A DNA stretch of 63,392 nt, filler included, from Octopus bimaculoides (Eukaryota), in the NCBI RefSeq assembly GCF_001194135.2. It is 7 parts of 6 records of this genome, joined end to end, with 100 filler letters (N's around TTAATTAATTAA, not from the genome) between each part and the next. Parts side by side here need not be neighbours in the genome. Positions count along the whole stretch, not along the records: positions 8,905 to 16,226 come from NC_068997.1; positions 16,327 to 31,536 come from NC_068984.1; 5 more parts are not named here. One strand, given 5' to 3'. This document shows positions 10,358-22,242 of this stretch, one piece after another (position 1 is the stretch's first letter; each line of letters starts with the position of its first letter). The notes under the pieces are model-generated. The model was not told the DNA's origin, searched no databases, and worked only from the letters and a program-made list of their open reading frames with translations. The position numbers and the translations under genes are program-made.

Positions 10358-11883
10358 GATAAAGACACACGCATATGTATACCTATGCATATAGGTATAC
10401 ATATCGGGGTCGATAAATTAAGTACCAGTTACGCACTGGAGTCAATATAATCGACTTAATCCGTTTGTCTGTTCTTGTTTGTCCCCTCTGTGTATAGCCC
10501 CTTGTGGGCAATAAAGAAATAAGAAACATGTAACCAAATTGTAATATATCATGAAAAAATAAATGTTTGGTTGGTTACCCTATAGTTTATCAACTCATTT
10601 CAACTCAATCAACACACTCTTGTGATGCTTATTAATACATAAGTAGAAAATTAGTGGCTTAATTAAAAGAACATTTTAACAGGAAGTAGAAGAATCTTAG
10701 GAAATATGCTGATGAAGTCATCTCTTGTTACATATAGATGTAGATGTGGAAAAGATCATTTAATAGCTTCCTCATGTACAATGTTGGTGGACAATTAGCA
10801 GAAATAAAAGGTCTATGAAAATAGATCCAATTTTTTCAGTATGTAATGTCTTTCATGAAATTAAATATTCATAGGAATATGGTAAAAATATAGATTTTAT
10901 TTAAGCTCATCAAACTCCCACATCTAATAAAACAAAGGCATTTTAAAATATGCTGTCAATGAAAACGACTATTTTTATATTGACTGACATAGCATTAACC
11001 TGAATAAATTATGAAGGTTTTATTGGCACTAAACTTTCTTGTCAAATTAAGATTCTTGGAGGAGAGCCAAGAGTCCTATTAAATTGTGTAAAGAGGAATT
11101 TGGTTACTTGGGCCTCAAGGGAAAGTAACACAATAAACAAACAAAAGAAAATCCCAAAAATGTTAGGAATACATGGAAAATCTATAGAAATACCAATAAA
11201 AGCTAAATAAATTGACATTTATGATGAAAAGGATGGAACTGAAAACAATGCTAAACAATAAGTCATTTCTGGTATCTTACATCAGATAAAAATCTTGCTA
11301 GATTACCCAATCTACTTTCTAATGATTTAGTTGTTCTCAAAATCTTGATTAGTAATATTTGGTAGAGTAATCTTTAACAAGTCATCAGGCAATAAATCTT
11401 TATCAATGCAGTTTCATGCTATGATGATGCATAGAATTCAGGAGATTCAAAGATAAGAGAACATCTGCAGCTAACCCTGTACCATTAAAATGTATGAAAA
11501 GATCTCATAATATTATCTTAGTTAAACCCGTCTTCTACTTAAATATTATATCTAATATTGCTAAAAACATTTGAGCCTTAATAAATATTCATTTCTCAAT
11601 TAACCAATTATAGAAAATTATTCAATAGAAATAACCTTAAACCGAGTTACAGCTGTATCACCATTATGGAAAATATAACAAGCCAATCAACTAAATTAGC
11701 TGAAGTTAACTACATTTGCAACAACACAAGCACATGTCTCCACTAATCAGTCAACAGAAAAATCATTCAACAGAAATAACCTTGAAATTAATGACAGCTG
11801 TAACACAAATGTGAATAACAACAAACAAATCAAGGAAATTAATTGAGGTTCACTGAACTTGTAAAAATACAATTGAATGTTAC

Positions 11884-12109
11884 CTTAATCAGTAAACCCT
11901 CAAGAAATTCCTTTTTTACACATGTTTATTCTTTTTTCCTCACAAGATGAGGACTTGTGACTGTTTAAGATAAACATGAACTGCATCAATTTCACCTGCT
12001 TTAGGGGACCTGTGAAGGGTATGGAAACTGCTCTTTCTTCAAATAGATTTACTGTGTAAAAAGATATATAAATCGCATTTAAGATATATTGATTAATATT
12101 GATTCAATG
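11884..12109 (-). other. Candidate non-coding or UTR exon
   Basis: Strong acceptor ttttcttttcttttag|CATTG and donor TTAAG|gtaaca; all three frames contain stops. Confidence 0.4.
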
Positions 12110-12684
12110 CTAAAAGAAAAGAAAATAACTATGAGGTAGCTTTTATGCTAAAAATAAAGTGACAAGATACAAAGCAGAATCTTATCAGCTAAATTGTCCA
12201 GTCTTTATTAATTGAACCGTTTGCTCTTCTGTGACCAAAACAAACAAATTAATGTGTTGCAAAACATTTTGCTATTGCCAAGATAAACAGAAAATTGGCA
12301 ACAGAATATGTTTTATGCTAAGTATCCATATAGTTTACAAGCTTCAAATGCAGATGTCATACAAATTAATTAATGGCTGTGTAGGGAATTGGTTATACAC
12401 CATTAGGTGTACACCGCTTCCATACATTAAATTTCTAGAAGAAACAACGGAATGCAGATTCTGAACAACATAACAATATTTATTTACAGTGGAATTCAGT
12501 TCACGCTTGGAGGGAATTCGGTAGCTCGTCGCCCTCGGTTACTGAGACGCCTTCTGAATGATTTCCGTGGTTATTTGTGAAGCTCTGGTGCTGACATGTG
12601 AGAGAGCTCTGTTGGACGTCTTGGCTCGACGGAGATCAGTCAACGAAGAGACTGAGAAAAGGCGCCAAAGCTGGGTGTCGAACT

Positions 12685-12750
12685 CTATGCATGCGCATGA
12701 GACTCTTCCTGTATTCCTTCCGGAACTAGTCCCTACGCATGCGTGGATAA
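12685..12750. promoter_or_regulatory. CpG-rich promoter-like patch with NRF1-like and ETS motifs
   Basis: gcatgcgcatg (12689-12699), cttccggaa (12717-12725) and palindromic acgcatgcgt (12735-12744) lie inside a GC-rich island (~12490-12790) in AT-rich surroundings. Confidence 0.55.
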
Positions 12751-13204
12751 AACTCCGGACATTGAACATATAACAGTCGTCTGCTATAAGTTGTCACTAC
12801 AGCTGTATTAAGTCTAGCCACTTACATAGTGGAAAAAGAAAGATTTCACACATTGCTACTCATCAAAGCAACTTCTAAGTCAAAGCTCAGTCTGTTAGAA
12901 ATAACAGCCAAAATATCCTTCAACTGTTGTTTTTGAATGGATAAGATATTGAACTACAAGCAGCAAACGGGGCAAGAGAGAGAGCCTATATCTGGATGCT
13001 TGATCTGCTAGAAATAACCACTAAATGTGTCTAAAAACTAATAGTACGACTAACTGAGAAAAAATAGTACTACATATTAATTTCTTTCTAGAATATAACT
13101 AGAAGTACGTTGTTCTATTTAGATTCTCGGAAAAAAAAATATTGAACTACCAGTAGCAAACGAGACAAGAGAGATCCTAAGTTTGGTTGCTTGATCGATC
13201 GGAA

Positions 13205-13405
13205 ATAATCACCAGGACTAGCTTGTGCGGGTGGCACATAAAAGACACCATTTCGAGCGTGGCCGTTGCCAGTATCACCTGACTGGCCTTCGTGCGGGTG
13301 ACACGTNNNNNNNNNNCCGGTTTCACCAGTCCTCAGTCAAATCGTCCAACCCATGCTAGCATGGAAAACGGACGTTAAACGATGATGATGATGATGATGA
13401 TGATG
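13205..13405 (+). mobile_element. Non-autonomous element carrying the RTE 3' tail
   Basis: ccagtcctcagtcaaatcgtccaacccatgctagcatggaaaacggacgttaaac(gat)n is homologous to the 3' end of the RTE at 27071-28565. Confidence 0.8.
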
Positions 13406-14424
13406 TTTCTAAAAACTAATTGTACGACATGTATTATATGAGAAAGAAATAGTACTACCTACTAATTCCTTATTAGAATATAACGAAAACTAGTCGTACA
13501 ACATTCACCCTCGGAAAAAGAAAAAGAGATACGCCGGTTAAGCCGGTAACTTCTTTGAAAATAGGTCTATTGACTAGGACTAATCTGAGATTTCCTCGAT
13601 ATACGTCTGGTGGAGAGATGTAGCGGGAATAAAGGACATCGATGGATTTTTTTTTTTTGATGATGAAAGCTGAAAACATCACCGATTCATGAATTTTTTT
13701 CTCCCGAAATACTTTCTTCGTTTAACTTATGAAATTCATTTCTCATAACTCAATTTTCATGTAGTTTGTGAGGAATTACCTCCCTTCATTCATGTATCTC
13801 GTTCTGTCCGGATCACAGTTGATTTAGTGAGGTCGCGCGCGCGTATTGTTTTATGTGTTTTAGGAAAATGAATGTATTGTAGATACAATTTATATATATA
13901 TATATTATATATATATATATGTATGTATGTACTATACAAACAGGAATGTATTAATGTGCCTGAAAGCTGCCTATGTACAAAAAACAAGGTGTCTGCGTTA
14001 GAATTGGAATGTATGTGTGCGAGTGTGTGTGTGTGACAGAGGGAGGAGAGGGAATGTGTGATATAATGAAAGAGAAAGTAATACAGAGAGAGAGAGAGAG
14101 AGAGTAGGAGAAAGAGAATAAGAATAAGAGAGAGACAGATAGACAGACAGACAAAGGAGAGAGGGCGAATAGGGAATGTGTGATGTAGCGAAAGGGAAAG
14201 TAATACAGAGGGAGAAAGAGAGAGCGAGAGAAAGAGAAATAAATAGATAAATATATATAGGCAGAAAGCTGTGAAAATGGATTATGTAACAGTTGTTATA
14301 TCAAGTATTGAAACATCTGGAGACTAAAACTCTGTGGTAGAATATTGAATACCATGAGTGGTGGGGAGTACTCTACTATTGGAGTACTGTGACAGTCTGT
14401 ACCATACACACTGGTTATCTTTTT

Positions 14425-14557
14425 CTTGTATCAGTCATTGGACAGCAGCCATGCTGGAGCACAACCTTGAACAGATAGATCCCAGTACTTGGATATTAAG
14501 TCTAGTACTTGTTCTATCGGTCTATTTTGCTGACCCTAACCCTAACCCTAACCCTAA
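14425..14557 (-). mobile_element. SINE (family B) fragment truncated by (CCCTAA)4
   Basis: SINE similarity stops at ctattttgctga and is followed directly by ccctaa x4 (14534-14557). Confidence 0.75.
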
Positions 14558-15249
14558 GTGTATTCAGTCTGGCACCTAAACTGGAGATACCAGGTTGTGG
14601 TGTTAAACCTAAAGTCCCCAGGAAAGGCATGCATGTCACAACATACCATTATTCTCTCCTAGCTCTAAAATATAGGGTACCATTGTAATGTTAACTTCAT
14701 CATATTCATATTACTGCTGGTTTATCTGCTTTAGTTTTAGACCTAACTGTTTGTGGTGGCCAGTTGCAGGCAGGATGAGGGTTAGGGATATCTTGAGGTT
14801 TGATGATTAGCTTGGGTCATTAGATCTTCAGCTTGTTTCCTCTCAATTTACTTTTTTTTTTTATCCCAATACTATATTAGCTTCTGTTCTTAGAGCTGGC
14901 TGCTAAACATGTCACTTTCATTCAGTCTCTCCTCCAATCATCATCACGAGCATCATCATTGTTATCATCAAGATCATGATCAACATCACCACCACCACCA
15001 CTACCAACACCACAACCATCACCATCATCACCGCTGCCACCATCAACACCACCACCATGGCCACTTTGACCATGACGACTATGACCACAACAATGATGAT
15101 GATGACAACCACCACCACCACCTCAGGTTTGTCACACTAATTCCTACAGCTTGTCCAGCAGAATGTTATCCTACCGGAATTCCATCACAACTTATTTTTA
15201 TGGCTGAGTTCCAACCCAAACCGCAGCAACAAAGTCCACCCACCACAAT

Positions 15250-16226
15250 TCTTGGTCCATCAGCATTGCCTCAGGGTCCTGGATACACTCCACAACAGTG
15301 TCTGCAATCAAGTTGTCGATGTGTGACAATGTTTCTCTCTTCTTACATCACCATGAAGTTGGTTCCACATGACTAATTTGGATGCTTCCAGTTCAGCATG
15401 GCACACACAATCGCTAAATAGTCATAGTCATCTTTGCCTGATCTTCTCACTAACTTTTGGCAGGTCTCCATAAAGGCATTCAATTGTCTCATGCTGCTGC
15501 AATTTCACATTTAGGCCATTCATAGCATCCTTGTGTAGCATCCTTGTGTAGCATTCTTGTGTAGCATCCTTGTATTTCATCCTTGTGTAGCATTCTTGTG
15601 TAGCATCCTTGTGTAGCATTCTTGTGTAGCATCCTTGTATTTCATCCTTGTGTAGCATCCTTGTATTTCATCCTTGTGTAGCATCCTTGTATTTCATCCT
15701 TGTGTAGCATCCTTGTGTAGCATCCTTGTGTAGCATCCTTGTGTAACATCCTTGTGTAACATCCTTGTGTAGCATCCTTGTGTTTCATCCTTGTGTAGCA
15801 TCCTTGTGCAGCATCCTTGTATTTCATCCTTGTGTAACATCCTTGTGTAGCATTCTTGTTTAGCATCCTTGTGTAGCATCCTTGTATTTCATCCTTGTGT
15901 AACATCCTTGTGTAGCATCCTTGTATTTCATCCTTGTGTAGCATCCTTGTGTAGCATCCTTATGTAACATCCTTGTGTAGCGTCCTTGTGTAGTATCCTT
16001 ATGTAACGTCCTTGTGTAACATCCTTGTGTAGCATCCTTGTGTAGCATCCTTGTGTAGCATCCTTGTGTAGCTCTTTGTATAGCTGTTTGATAATTTCCC
16101 AGCCTATGTTTTTCTTGCAGCTGTCAACTCGAATCTTTTCAAGAATAACATCAACAGCATTACGTCTCACTGATTTTAGAGGGCAGGACTCTGAAGGGCC
16201 TGAAAACGGTCCTTTCCTTCAGATGC
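15250..16226 (-). mobile_element. RTE-clade LINE fragment (post-RT C-terminal region)
   Basis: Flanks of the tandem array translate as IIKQLYKEL...GCYTRML(R)MA(L)NVKLQQHETIECLYGDLPKVSEKIRQR...CVCHAELEASKLVMWNQLHG, typical of RTE ORF C-termini. Confidence 0.8.
15524..16072. repeat. 13-bp minisatellite (gtagcatccttgt), about 42 units
   Basis: Directly visible; variant 11+15 bp pairs keep a 26-bp period. Confidence 0.95.
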
Positions 16227-16454
16227 NNNNNNNNNNNNNNNNNNNNNNNNNNNNNNNNNNNNNNNNNNNNTTAATTAATTAANNNNNNNNNNNNNNNNNN
16301 NNNNNNNNNNNNNNNNNNNNNNNNNNATATATATATATATATATATATACAGATAGGTTGGTAGGTAGGTAGGTAGGTACATACATAGACACATGCATGC
16401 ATACACACTTACATACATACATACATACAATCTACTATATACAGAAAGAGAAAA

Positions 16455-16640
16455 CCAGATAACTGGCTGAAATGTTAGTATGCCAGGCTTTATGTTCTGA
16501 GTTTAAATTGCACCAAAGTTGACTTTGCCTTTCATCCTTTCGGGGTCAATAAAATAAGTATCAGCTGAACACTGGATTCAATGAAATTGATTTACCTCTT
16601 CCCCAGAAACTGTTGGCTTTGTGCTAAAATTTGAAACCAA
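16455..16640 (+). mobile_element. SINE (family A)
   Basis: ctggctgaaatgttag...gttgactttgcctttcatcctttcggggtcaataaaataagtatcag. Confidence 0.75.
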
Positions 16641-16817
16641 TATATACGGAGTGAAAAGAAATAGGCACCTATGAAATTGTACATTTAAGACAATTATAGT
16701 AAATCTGACATAGAATTTTAATTTATTACAGTAAAATAATACTATGACCACAACTCAGATGACTCCCATTACAACTAAATAAATAAATAAAAACAGAAAA
16801 TATACAGAAATACATAC

Positions 16818-17051
16818 ATTTTTTTTCATATGATCCTTTCTGGTAGATACACTGGCAACTTTCCCAGTCATAGCTTCCATAAGGGCCACAGAATATGTAG
16901 TTACATCCAGTACAATCTTTGCCTGCATGTCGTTGGTCACATTGACAGTTTGGTTGTAACATATTAGGTGATGGGCAAATACACTCACAGGTAGTCTCAT
17001 TGACAATTCCACCATTCAAACAAACAATATTACATGATGAACATTCTGGAC
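16818..17051 (-). CDS. Internal exon encoding EGF-like cysteine-rich repeats
   Basis: Acceptor ttgcaaacag|GT, donor AAAT|gtatgt, 234 nt, phase 1-1, open frame. Peptide (G)PECSSCNIVCLNGGIVNETTCECICPSPNMLQPNCQCDQRHAGKDCTGCNYIFCGPYGSYDWESCQCIYQKGSYEKK(C). Confidence 0.8.
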
Positions 17052-17249
17052 CTGTTTGCAAGTCAATAGAAAATTAACTTAATGAGAAGACATGTGGACG
17101 CACCTTCCAAGTTCTAATATTTAGTTGAGAGTTAGGCCTTAATCTATCACCCAGTTTAATTGCACTACCTAGATCTAGAGTTCATTTTATGTTGTAAAGA
17201 TTTAGAGCAGTTACAGATCTGAGGAAAAGTGATGAGTTGAGTAACCTCT

Positions 17250-18120
17250 TCCAACTGTACCACTGTAAAAGTGTATGATGATACCATTAGAGTGGTACTG
17301 GCAGAAAAGGTTACTCAAAAATGACCCACTGTCACCTTGTATTCAGGATACAGTAGTACAGTGTTCCGCAACAGACATCACTGTTAACTGGTATAGTGTT
17401 TCTGTTACAGTCATACAGATGGAAATGGTTTACCAGCAGACTCCCAAAGGGCCTTGTATTGTATCATTGTTAAATATTATAGATAGAAGTTTCCCAACAG
17501 TGACCCACTGTAACATTGTATAATGTTGCTGTTACAGCACTGAAGATACATGTGGATCTCCAACAGAGGCAAACTGTCACCTAGTATAGAATCACTGTTA
17601 CAATGATACAGATGGAAATAATTACCCAACAGCACAAGCTGTCACCTTCAACAGTGTTATAGTGAAAGTAGCACAGATGGATGTGAATCTCCAATAGGGA
17701 CTCATTATCATTCTGTGTTGTGTTACTGCTCTAGTGGCATGAATGGAAGCAATTCTCTGACAAACACCTACAGTCATCTTGTACAGAGCCACTGTTAGAG
17801 TGGTATGGCTGGAAATGGCTTCCTGATAGAGATGCATGTTGCCTTCAGTAGTCACTATTATAGAGGTAGAGCAGGAAATTGTTGTGTAACAGGTACCTAC
17901 TATATAATGTTATTTTAGGACTGTACAGGTGCAATTAATTACCCAGTAGAGGCCACTGTCACCTCCTTTTGTTCTGTGGCACAGATTCATGTGGTTCCCT
18001 AACAGAGAACCACTGTTGCTAGGTCTAATTGGGACACGCTGTTATCTTGTATAGTGTCTCTTATGCAGTGTTACAGATAGAAGTGTAGAGAGCCACTGCT
18101 ACATTTTACAGTATCTATGT
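17250..18120. repeat. Highly degenerate 65-66 bp tandem repeat, about 13-14 units
   Basis: Consensus approx. ccactgtcaccttgtatagtgtcactgttacagtgatacagatggaagtggttccccaacagaga; ctgtca anchor spacings of 65 and 66 counted by hand. Confidence 0.75.
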
Positions 18121-18271
18121 TATGGTGGTACAAATAAAAGTGGTTAGTTAACTGAAACTCAGTGTTATTTTGTGTAATGTTACAATGGTACACATTGAAA
18201 TGCTTACCCCAAAGAGACTCACTGTTGTGCAACAATCATCCACACCACTCCACTTAATCTCTATGAGTAAA

Positions 18272-18315
<44 letters not shown>

Positions 18316-19168
18316 TGCATAAATACTGAAATAACTAGATATTTTCAGAGGGAGGAATATAATCAAGGGATAGTCAGGTCTTTGTTGACATTGCCAAGTG
18401 ATGTTATAGGGTAAAATCTGGAAAAAGCAAGGAATCCAGTGATTGTCTTTATCAGCAATAATTAAGCAATCATAGTATTTGATAAATTTATTTATCTCAT
18501 AAAGTAACATAAGCTTTTTCATGAAATCTGCAGTTAAACATTATCATAAGTTATCTCTGTAGCCCCAGGAGATAAAATGGATAAGGCGTTGCCCCGGAGG
18601 ATGGCAAGGTGGATGCACTGAAATAGCCACTCTCATTCACAGGGCTGTTAAGAGTAGAATATAAAGATTTTTCTTTACAATTTGTCTAATAGTAAGAAAA
18701 GTTGCCTTTGACCAGAGGTACATAAATGATTTAGAATTTGAATTCTTCACAGTGAAAGGACTTACTAAACTCTCCCATCAAAGCTTCATGGTCTAGGTTT
18801 CAAACAGAAAAGGTGAAGTGCCTGGTAAATTATTAAAAGGCAGTCTGCAAGGAGGGCAGCTTAATTGGATGTTAGAAATGAGACAACATAGGATTATGTA
18901 TGTGGCTGGTATTGGAATGTGGTAGTGAATGGAGTGATAATGGGAATCAGGAGGTTATTGTAAACCCGACTGAACTGCATCAATCTGGTAAAACATACAT
19001 ATATTCAATGATGATGGTGGTGGTGGTGGTGGTGACAATAATAACAATGAAAACGATGGTGATGGTAGTGATGGTCATAATGATGATAGCAGTCATGATG
19101 ATGATGACGATGATAATGATGAATAGGACAGCTTAAATATGGTCCATTAAAAGTCATTTCCCACTGAC

Positions 19169-19243
19169 CTCCTTTACCATTTCTGCACAAACAAGAACAT
19201 TCATAAAGTTCACCACCTCCATTACAGGAGAGTTCACAGTTCT
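19169..19243 (-). CDS. Internal exon encoding an EGF-like repeat
   Basis: Acceptor ctatttctag|AG, donor GGAG|gtcagt, 75 nt, phase 1-1. Peptide NCELSCNGGGELYECSCLCRNGKG. Splicing to 17051 completes a C-x-C-xx-G-xx-G-xx-C motif (CLCRNGKGGPEC). Confidence 0.7.
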
Positions 19244-19483
19244 CTAGAAATAGAAACCAGTTTTGTTCAGTTATAGAATAACAACATCAATTCATACATC
19301 AAAAATAGCAAAAGTGATTACATGTACATTCAGTTACAGTATGGGAATTTAAACTTAAGATGGAACCATCACAACATGGTCACTCTGCCTGCTAGAAAGA
19401 GCAGTCAAATCTCACTGAAATCATGCCCTGATCTTAAAAGTTGACAGGACAGATTGGATAAGATAGTCCCAGAAATATTATAC

Positions 19484-19627
19484 CTGATTAAAAATGATGG
19501 TCATAGTGAGATCTTTGATCATAGATCTGGTCAATGATAGACTAAACAACACCAACAATATGGCTGGAGTATATTAGGCAAGGTATTCCAAGATAACTAA
19601 CGTAGACACCAATGATTAGAGGTACAG
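19484..19627 (-). pseudogene. Decayed EGF-like exon
   Basis: Acceptor tttttcag|CT, donor CAG|gtataa, 144 nt. One frame gives TLPNILQPYCWCCLVYH*PD, similar to PSPNMLQPNCQC of the 16818-17051 exon; all frames have stops. Confidence 0.45.
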
Positions 19628-20989
19628 CTGAAAAAGTCAACCTCAGTATTTAATCATCACTTTATTTTATTAAGTCTGGAAAGATGAAAATGAAAGTTCA
19701 TCCAGGCAGAATTTGAACTCAGTATGTAAAGAGATGTAAGTAAATATCTGCAGGGTATTTTGACCACAGCTCTACCAATTCTGCCATCTATACTGATGAT
19801 AATTAATTGGCAGAACAATAAAATGTAACATCTGGAATGATGATAACAATGAATTACATTCAAATATTGTCTCCTACTGCAGTTTTACTGCCTACTTTAA
19901 GACACACTGGGAAAAAAATGTTAGTGAATTTTTTCTTTCATACTTTCACAGTGTTGTTTATGACAAGAAGACAAATGTTAAAATAGTCATTAACAGCTAT
20001 TCATATTTTTCTGTGACTTTTATACCTCACATAAGATTACACAAGACTGATGAGGTCTAAGATAGAAATAGTCCTTACTTGTCACTATTTTTGTTAAACA
20101 TCAAATTCACACCCCATTACATATTAACATTTAATTCATTTACTTCTTCCGACATAACCACATTCAATATTTAATTAATTCAGACCCCACTACATATGCC
20201 ATATCCTATATTTAATTAATTTGCATTTTAGAGTTGGCGTCCTTGCCTTTTTCATAAAGATTATCATCAAACTAAATGATATTTTTGTATTCACTGCAGA
20301 TGTGATTTTTTTGGCTCTTGACATCTTAGCCACAACTAACTGCAATAGTTACAGTTTGTCATCACTGACAAATATTCTTTAGCCTCTCACTATCAAATTA
20401 TGCCATCTCTTTCATTCAATGATCTAAATGGTACCTTAAATTACATGATTTAATCATGAGCAATGTCTCAACAACAAAGAATTTATCATGACTTGAGTCT
20501 TAAATCTGATATGATCACGACCAATGATTCAACTGTGGTGAGTCTTAAATCTAGTAATTTAACTGTCATAATCGTGTTTCTGATCCATTTTTTTCACTGC
20601 AGTCCTGTACTTTCAGTCTTGCAAGAAAGTGTCATATATAGTCTCTAAGTGCAGAACAACAATGTGATTTATTAATTTGCAACATTTTCATCTCAGGAAT
20701 AAATTCATCAACTATTCATCAATGATTACTTGGATCTGCTGAAGATGACTTAGAATCATAAGTAAAAATTGCTTTAACAATGAAATTGACCAATAAGGAT
20801 GCAAGTAACTTATTAAGAATGATTATTCATTATTCACTGCAGTTATGTACTTTTGGTCTTCATTCACTTCTGTATCACTTCCATCCACAGTATATAAATT
20901 TCCTAAGTTACTCAAGTCAGCTTGTTCTTAAGATTAAATAAAACCTTTGGTCATGACATCTTCAGCATCTACAATCAACAGTAACCACA

Positions 20990-21335
20990 ACCAGTATCTT
21001 AAATCTGGTGATCTAATTACAACTGACATTGTAATCCAGTTATTTAATCATATCTAGTGTTAAATTTAATGATTTCATTACATCTGAAATCTTAAATCTA
21101 GTAATTTAACCACAACTGGAGTATTAAATCTTCTGTCTTAATCACCACGGGAGTCTTAAATGATTCAACCACAACTAATATCTTAAATCTAGTAATCTAA
21201 CTACAATTGGAGTCTTAATTTAGTTGATTAACTAAATCTGGAGCCTTCAATCTTGTGATTTAAGCACATTTAGATTTAGAAATCTAGTGATTTAGTCAAA
21301 TCTAGTAATTTAACCACATCTGGGGTCTTAAGTTT
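20990..21335. repeat. Degenerate ~32-bp minisatellite
   Basis: Recurring cttaaatctagtaatttaaccacaactggagt; related units at 20495-20565. Confidence 0.7.
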
Positions 21336-22177
21336 AATGTTCTTAGAACAAATGATATTTCAGGTAGAAATCTACTGATATCTATATTAACAAAAGCAAA
21401 ATTCTGTCTGTCTGTCTGGGACCCCTCTATCTCAGACTACATTTGCTCTACATATGAATCTCCAGCATTGAGATCTGATTTAAAAGCATTTGGGATGCTA
21501 TTTCTAACAGATAAAGTGACTGTGAGCGGTTTCAATGCCATAGTACAAGAGTTACCTCCTGTAACATTAAGTTTTACTCAGGAATTTAGTGGTTCTTTTA
21601 TCGTTTTTAGTCATCAGACTGCAGCCACACTGGGGCACCACCTTGAAGAATTTTAATCAAACAAATCCAAACCAGCTCTTTCTTTTTTATACCTGGTACT
21701 TTTTTATTGGCCTCTTTTACTGAACCACTAGGTTACATGAACGTAAACACAGCAAAACCAGATATCAAGCAGTGGTGGGGGACAAACAGACACAATATAT
21801 ACATACATACATTATATATAAAGCTGTGGTCTAAACTAGTCATCTAAACAATACCTATATGGTTTAAATGAGTGACTTGATAAAAACTGGTGCCATTCAA
21901 TCAACACTTCTTCATGAAATATAAATTAGCACCGCACAATTATTACAGGTCCATGAAATTTAAACTGCAGTGTCCAAGAATGAAATTAGAAGCTATGCCT
22001 TTTATATTTTATCACTGACCTTTCTGTTTAGAAACTGTGTAATGGTACGTAAGTTTCACAATTTCATCAACATAAGTACAATTTACCTGAAATGTTACAC
22101 CAAATTATAAAAATTAGACTAAAATGAACAGAAATGAACAGACAAACATCAACGTAAATATCAAAATGATTCATTGG

Positions 22178-22240
<63 letters not shown>

Positions 22241-22242
<2 letters not shown>

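Noticed and set aside
11282-11388. C/D-box snoRNA-like arrangement on the minus strand (CTGATGA...CTGA)
   Set aside because: No terminal stem or recognisable rRNA antisense element, and it overlaps a putative exon end.
12558-12773. 71-aa plus ORF and 76-aa minus ORF over the GC-rich island
   Set aside because: No recognisable domain; openness is explained by GC content of a promoter-like region.
14909-15121. His-rich ORF
   Set aside because: A (CAT/CAC)n trinucleotide repeat fused to the antisense of an RTE remnant.
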